Source: a bacterium (GTDB lineage: Bacteria > Electryoneota > Electryoneia > Electryoneales > Electryoneaceae). Taken from it: a DNA stretch of 64,000 nucleotides. The position numbers and the translations under genes are program-made. Within the stretch, counting starts at the first letter, position 1, and each line of letters starts with the position of its first letter. Of this stretch, positions 59,217 through 64,000 are shown piece by piece. The stretch is taken from contig OY769902.1 of assembly GCA_963669175.1 (NCBI GenBank), positions 1,088,001 through 1,152,000 of the forward strand. Direction: 5' to 3'. The notes under the pieces are model-generated. The model was given only the letters and a program-made list of their open reading frames with translations, searched no databases and was not told where the DNA came from.

Positions 59217-60809
59217 TTACAAATCTTCGTGGAGATACTTGCCCCTGTGCCTGCCACGCTCTTCCAGACGCCTGACGACACGGATAGCTTTGTGTCCTTC
59301 TACAGGGCATTTATCCTCACAGATGCCGCAGCCGATACAACGTCCGGTGCGAACAAAGGGCTCGAGGAAGGGACGTTCCGTTCCATCGTCAAGGATGGCA
59401 ACTTTCGGGCGAAACTCAATTGCCTTGGGCGATGTCGGACAGTGTTCCTCGCAAACGATGCAGTTCTCTTTGTCCTTGTACGGGATGCAGATTTCCTTGT
59501 AAATCTCTGCAACGCCCATTTTAGTCCGTTTTTTCTCTTCAAGCGGGATGGGTTCTATGGCTTCTGTGGGGCAGACCAGGCCGCAGAGGTTGCAGGTAAA
59601 CTCGCAATAGCCGCTGGAATAGTCTGCAATCGGACTCCAGAAAGCCTGAACGCCTTCTTCAAAATGCAGGGGCTGCAAACATTTGCCCGTGGTGGAACAG
59701 ATCCGTACGCATTCATTGCACCGGATACAACGATCCAGGAATTCAGCTTCTTCTCGTGCGCCCGGGGGACGGATCAACCACTGGCTGGTAGTAACGGTGG
59801 GATCAAGGAAGTGAATCGCCACTCCGGTTCCAACACCACCGGCAACGGTTCCGATAGCAGAACGTCGTCCCAGGTCAACAGCGCTGAGTTGGCGCGACGG
59901 TTTGCGGAAAGTGAAAATGGTTTTACCCTTACGGCAGTCATCTGCACAGTTCAGGCAAAGGATACACTCGGATTTTTCCGTGGTCTCGAAATCATCCTCG
60001 ATAGCGCCCATTTTGCAGCGTTTACTGCATAACCCGCATTCTGTGCAGGTATCCTCGACAACGACCCGCTGCAGCAAGCTGAACTTGGCAACCAGTCCCA
60101 GCAGAGCGCCCAGTGGACACAACCTGCGGCACCAGAAACGGCGTGAAATGGCTGACAGGCCCAGGATGATGACGAACATGACGGCTACGACAAACCAGCC
60201 GGTTATAACATGCGTTTCAAGCGGAGTAATGGTAAAGGTGAACCAGTCGTAGCTTTCATACAACCAGTCCCAATTTGCGCCAAGGTTGATCAACAGGTTG
60301 AAGAAACCGTTCAAACCGAGCGTCAGTCCGGGGAATATGACTGCGCCAAAGGTGCGCCAGGTCAGCGGAATAGGGTCAAGAATCCAGACAAACTGCACGC
60401 CTGAAATCGCTGCGATAACAAAGAAGACCAGGAACCAGGTTTTCAGGGGCCGCAGTTTTGTCCGTCCGATTTTTCCCTGGTTTTTCGGCGCCCAGAGTCG
60501 GTCTGCAATATCCACCATGACACCGAGAGGGCAGACCCAGCCACAGAAACTGCGTCCCAGGACCAGGGTCAGCAACAGAACAGCAATCCCGAACAGGAAC
60601 CAGGGGAGGAACTTGTGGGCGGCGAACATGGTCGTCAAACCGGCGAGCGGGTCCATCCACAGGAAAATCTCAGGCGGAAGGAGCGGTCTGAAAGGATACG
60701 TGGCCTGTAGAACGGTTAAAAGAAAAAGGGCAAACAGCGTGAGTTGCACAGTTTGCCGGACGTGGACCTTGGTACTCGCTTTGCGCTTACGTCTTCGTAA
60801 TTTTATCAC
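59217..60809 (-). CDS. Membrane polyferredoxin (NapH/MauN-like fused to NapG/MauM-like)
   Basis: GRSFCGWVCPLG; RFWCRRLCPLG; IRPPGA..E.EFL..CIRC; multiple CxxCxxC..CP motifs. Confidence 0.9.
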   Translation of the reverse strand: MIKLRRRKRKASTKVHVRQTVQLTLFALFLLTVLQATYPFRPLLPPEIFLWMDPLAGLTTMFAAHKFLPWFLFGIAVLLLTLVLGRSFCGWVCPLGVMVDIADRLWAPKNQGKIGRTKLRPLKTWFLVFFVIAAISGVQFVWILDPIPLTWRTFGAVIFPGLTLGLNGFFNLLINLGANWDWLYESYDWFTFTITPLETHVITGWFVVAVMFVIILGLSAISRRFWCRRLCPLGALLGLVAKFSLLQRVVVEDTCTECGLCSKRCKMGAIEDDFETTEKSECILCLNCADDCRKGKTIFTFRKPSRQLSAVDLGRRSAIGTVAGGVGTGVAIHFLDPTVTTSQWLIRPPGAREEAEFLDRCIRCNECVRICSTTGKCLQPLHFEEGVQAFWSPIADYSSGYCEFTCNLCGLVCPTEAIEPIPLEEKKRTKMGVAEIYKEICIPYKDKENCIVCEEHCPTSPKAIEFRPKVAILDDGTERPFLEPFVRTGRCIGCGICEDKCPVEGHKAIRVVRRLEERGRHRGKYLHEDL

Positions 60810-60862
60810 AATCAGGAGTCTACCGTTTGTGTAACGTGCCTGGCGCCTGGTAAATCGGCTGG

Positions 60863-62488
60863 CTATTGCCAGATTTTTTCAATCTTGGCGCCCTGGTAGA
60901 AGGTAGTTAAAATTTTCTTGTACTTCGACCCCTTGTAGGCCATCACTCCGGCCGCGGTCTGATCCATACCAACACCATGTCCAAACCCGGCGCCCAGGAA
61001 GGAAACTTCAAGCAAAGCGCCGAGATCACCCATGACAGGTTCAACAATGAAACAGGAGCTGGCAAGGGTTGTTTCAGACAATACCCGGCGAATATTCAAT
61101 TCGCCATGAAGGATATAATTCCGGTGACTTCCGAGGATTTCCAACTCGATAATTCTGCCGGAAACTCCACGGCGTAGCGGTTGCAAATCTATCAGGGTAC
61201 CGATATCGAAGCCAAGTTTGCGCTTGATGGTTTTTTCCAGGTCACGGCGTGAAACAGTTACTTCCCAACGGAAATACCGTGCATTCCGGTCCAACATTTC
61301 AATGCCGGTGCCGCGTGGATTGGAATAACTCTCCGGGTATTCCATAATCCATTTTTCCACATCTACTTCACGGGTCAGGTCATAGGTGAATTTGTCATTG
61401 TCAACCAGGAGAGGGATACCGACAAGGGCCGTGTCGGCAGGCGGGTTCCAGAATTCCTTGCTTTCCGTATGTCCGCCGCTGTTTGCAGCGAAATAGGCCT
61501 CGAGGATGGAATTGCCCACGACCAGGACTTCGCCGGATGTTTCATCCACAGCCTGGTTGGTCTTCTCCTTTGAATGTGTGGTGCCTGAATATACCTGGAA
61601 CGCGACTGTAGCCGGGAAATCCACCGGCTCCGATGGTAAAACCTTGCACCAGCGCGACAAGGTATAACTACGGGCTGCTACTGCCTGTGCTTTTAATGCT
61701 TCGAAGGGATAAGTGAAGTGCATTTCGGAAGGGACAACCCCTTTCAGATATTCATCGAGAACGATTTCGTTCAGGATCAGCATATCACCTTCGTGCCCAA
61801 TCCTGATTTCAATGGCGCCCTTGTAGGAACGATCTTCTACCCGTTCCCAGTGGAACCCGGCGCCGACACGGATATCATAGATGGTAACTTCCGTACTGTC
61901 CGTTTCCGGAACCAGACGAAAGCCGTTATTGATCATCGCGTTGCGATCATATTCAGCATCATATAATTCAAGTACTCCAGTGGCATCTTCTATGCGATGG
62001 CGGAAAATGCGTGGAGCTGGAGTTTCCGGTGTTGTAAAAGCGTCAACTTCTGACAGAGCATCTTCTTCATTTTCGAATTCGCCGACCACGACACGCCACA
62101 TCTTTCCATCGTGGATTGAGCGCCCATTCATAATCAGCTCTCGTCCCTGTGGGATGACGAGAGGTTCCAGCCCCTCTTTTTCCAGCTTGTCCGCCAGTCT
62201 TTTGGCATTATCTTCAAGTGAAAAAGTGCCGAGTATGATACTATATACGAAGGTGGCAGCTTCGGAATCATCAATCTTGCATCGCCAGCGTCGATCAGTT
62301 TTTATCTTTCCAAACAGCGTATCACCAGCGAGAGAAACAACACTGAAGGGACCGTGAACACGGAAATCGACTTGATCGTATCCGCTCATCAGGCCAACAC
62401 GTACCACGGGTTGTGCGCCATTTTGAAGCGTACGCTGTGAAGCTGCCTCGATGGAATCAGACTTGTTTGCAGTAGTGGCAAGATTCAT
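60863..62488 (-). CDS. SpoIID/LytB domain protein with SPOR-like domain
   Basis: LDEYLKGVVPSEM; EALKAQAVAARSY; FQVYSG; GFGHGVGMDQ; GAAGGAGA before ATG 62488. Confidence 0.9.
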   Translation of the reverse strand: MNLATTANKSDSIEAASQRTLQNGAQPVVRVGLMSGYDQVDFRVHGPFSVVSLAGDTLFGKIKTDRRWRCKIDDSEAATFVYSIILGTFSLEDNAKRLADKLEKEGLEPLVIPQGRELIMNGRSIHDGKMWRVVVGEFENEEDALSEVDAFTTPETPAPRIFRHRIEDATGVLELYDAEYDRNAMINNGFRLVPETDSTEVTIYDIRVGAGFHWERVEDRSYKGAIEIRIGHEGDMLILNEIVLDEYLKGVVPSEMHFTYPFEALKAQAVAARSYTLSRWCKVLPSEPVDFPATVAFQVYSGTTHSKEKTNQAVDETSGEVLVVGNSILEAYFAANSGGHTESKEFWNPPADTALVGIPLLVDNDKFTYDLTREVDVEKWIMEYPESYSNPRGTGIEMLDRNARYFRWEVTVSRRDLEKTIKRKLGFDIGTLIDLQPLRRGVSGRIIELEILGSHRNYILHGELNIRRVLSETTLASSCFIVEPVMGDLGALLEVSFLGAGFGHGVGMDQTAAGVMAYKGSKYKKILTTFYQGAKIEKIWQ

Positions 62489-62565
62489 CGTGTCTCCTTC
62501 CAAATGCGGTCCGTCTTGTGCAAGAACAAGGGGTAACCCTCCACAGCCAACCAAGAGGCAACTGA

Positions 62566-63696
62566 TCAGGCAGTATAGGAATCGTCTGGCGCTTGTCGCT
62601 CTCTCAGCCACCCTTTCTCCATGCACGTGTGGTGTAAAATATTGATCGCGCTATCAGCGTGGGCTGACTCAACACCCACCCAGTATTCACCTTTACGCTC
62701 CATATGCCCAAAAGTAGGAATACCTTTCTCTCTCAGGATAGAGGTAACCGACTCGTGGAGTCCCGGCACAGCGTGACATGTCGTGACGATGGTTATACCG
62801 GAAAACGGAGCATCTTCACCAGGTAGTCCGGCGCGCCAGGCAATCCAGCGGCCGCGGTGCTCAAAATACTGAATGATCTCATCTGTTGATGGTGGCGAAC
62901 CGACACCCATGCGTTGAACCAAACCATCCCTGCGGGCCAACCCGACCACCAACCCTTTGTCGAAGGGTTGATCCGTAATGATGGTACCCAGGGAATCCGT
63001 ATCGGTATTTCCAATAGCCAACGGTATCTTGTAGTCTCTGGCGATCTGAGCTGCTTCCGCCTGAAGCGCTTTTGTACCGCCTATACCAAGTCGTAGCGCG
63101 CTTTTATAATCGAGATGGTCAATCACCAGAGCTTCATCAACCTGTTGCGGATTGCCCGTGTAAAGACCGTCAACTTCTTTCATCAATTCGCAACGGTCCG
63201 CACCAATTGCAGCAGCAAGCGCCACGGCTGTGGCATCGCTGCCGCCACGTCCCAGCGTAGTGATCTCTTTTTCAATTGAAACGCCCTGGAAACCGGCGAC
63301 AACGACGACCATGTTTCGTTCCAGGGCTTCAAACAGGCGAGTCGGACGAATGTCAACAATGCGGGCATGACCATGCTTGGTGTCTGTAATGATGCCGACC
63401 TGGCTTCCGGTATAACTGATGGCGCCCAAGCCTTCCGCTTCGATAGCCAGGGCAAGAAGTGAACAACTGATGCGTTCTCCAACGGAGAGGAGCATATCCA
63501 GTTCGCGGCGAGGAGGGTCCGGATGAAGATCGTAGGCCATCTTCATCAGGTCGTCGGTAGTGCTGGCCATGGCGGATACAACGACTACAACTTCGTCGCC
63601 GGACCACCTGAGATCAGCAATCCGGGATGCGACCTGGCGAATTTTTTCTGGAGTGGCCAGGCTGCTTCCGCCGTATTTTCGTACAATTCGCGCCAC
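62566..63696 (-). CDS. lysC: Aspartate kinase
   Basis: KYGGSS; VVVVSAM; LLSVGERIS; VAGFQG; TTLGRGGSDATA. Confidence 0.9.
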   Translation of the reverse strand: MARIVRKYGGSSLATPEKIRQVASRIADLRWSGDEVVVVVSAMASTTDDLMKMAYDLHPDPPRRELDMLLSVGERISCSLLALAIEAEGLGAISYTGSQVGIITDTKHGHARIVDIRPTRLFEALERNMVVVVAGFQGVSIEKEITTLGRGGSDATAVALAAAIGADRCELMKEVDGLYTGNPQQVDEALVIDHLDYKSALRLGIGGTKALQAEAAQIARDYKIPLAIGNTDTDSLGTIITDQPFDKGLVVGLARRDGLVQRMGVGSPPSTDEIIQYFEHRGRWIAWRAGLPGEDAPFSGITIVTTCHAVPGLHESVTSILREKGIPTFGHMERKGEYWVGVESAHADSAINILHHTCMEKGWLRERQAPDDSYTA

Positions 63697-63763
63697 GTTC
63701 TGCTAAGCAACCTCACAAGATGACTGGCTTGGTTGACAATCCTGCATTAGTCCCGTTCCTGAA

Positions 63764-64000
63764 TCAGGATTTCCGGGGCGCCAGGCGAGGCGAACCTTTT
63801 TCTTCCTTATCCACCCCGTGGACTCGCTCAAATATCTGCTGCAACCGTGTGCGTAACAGTTCTTCCGACATGCCACGGTCAAGGAATTCAGCTTTGTAGG
63901 CCAACGATATCTGCCCGGTTTCTTCACTCACCACCACAACGGCTGCATCGGATTCTTCCGTGATCCCCAACGCCGCACGATGTCGTGTACCCAGGCTGGG
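63764..64000 (-). CDS. cdaA: Diadenylate cyclase CdaA/DacA, C-terminal part; gene begins beyond the window
   Basis: [29 protein letters not shown] (RHR motif of the DAC domain). Confidence 0.9.
   Translation of the reverse strand, partial: PSLGTRHRAALGITEESDAAVVVVSEETGQISLAYKAEFLDRGMSEELLRTRLQQIFERVHGVDKEEKGSPRLAPRKS

Noticed and set aside
59163-60032. 289-aa plus-strand ORF
   Set aside because: Antisense shadow of the polyferredoxin gene.
1-64000. tRNA/rRNA genes, prophage, integron integrase or autonomous IS
   Set aside because: No cloverleaf or rRNA signatures, and no phage, tyrosine-recombinase or transposase ORFs recognised.

Overview
A 64-kb bacterial chromosomal window, most likely from a Gram-negative FCB-group-type lineage (two proteins end in a YPNPFNP/T9SS type-A-like sorting domain; lipid A acyltransferase, TonB systems, CdaA). 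It is mostly housekeeping and envelope genes: lpxL-like, ccoG, hbd, ndk, glnA-like, tyrS, ctpA-exbB-exbD-exbD-tonB, upp, pepF, lysC, cdaA, two CHASE2 class III cyclases and two TrmB regulators. Two visibly AT-richer accessory modules are candidate immunity loci. One is an effector-less STAND-like NTPase with near-identical 46-aa TPR repeats, followed by an unannotated 50-aa Phd/YefM-like fragment and bracketed by inverted copies of a palindromic element (362-2853). The other is an ABC/AAA_21 (DUF3696-type) ATPase plus a PIN-domain gene (34137-36078). A stand-alone XylR_N-V4R sensor is coupled to a 62-aa protein. The intergenic DNA is unusually rich in small repeated elements: a ~330-bp MITE with 8-bp target-site duplications (3 copies), a ~290-bp GGGGACAG element (2 copies), ~9-nt-periodic AGGAT/ATCCT arrays, 100-bp elements with conserved ends and variable middles, hairpins sharing one 8-nt loop, and a candidate structured sRNA (54193-54379). 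I saw no rRNA, tRNA, CRISPR array, transposase, integrase or reverse transcriptase. All calls come from reading motifs by eye; no searches were run.
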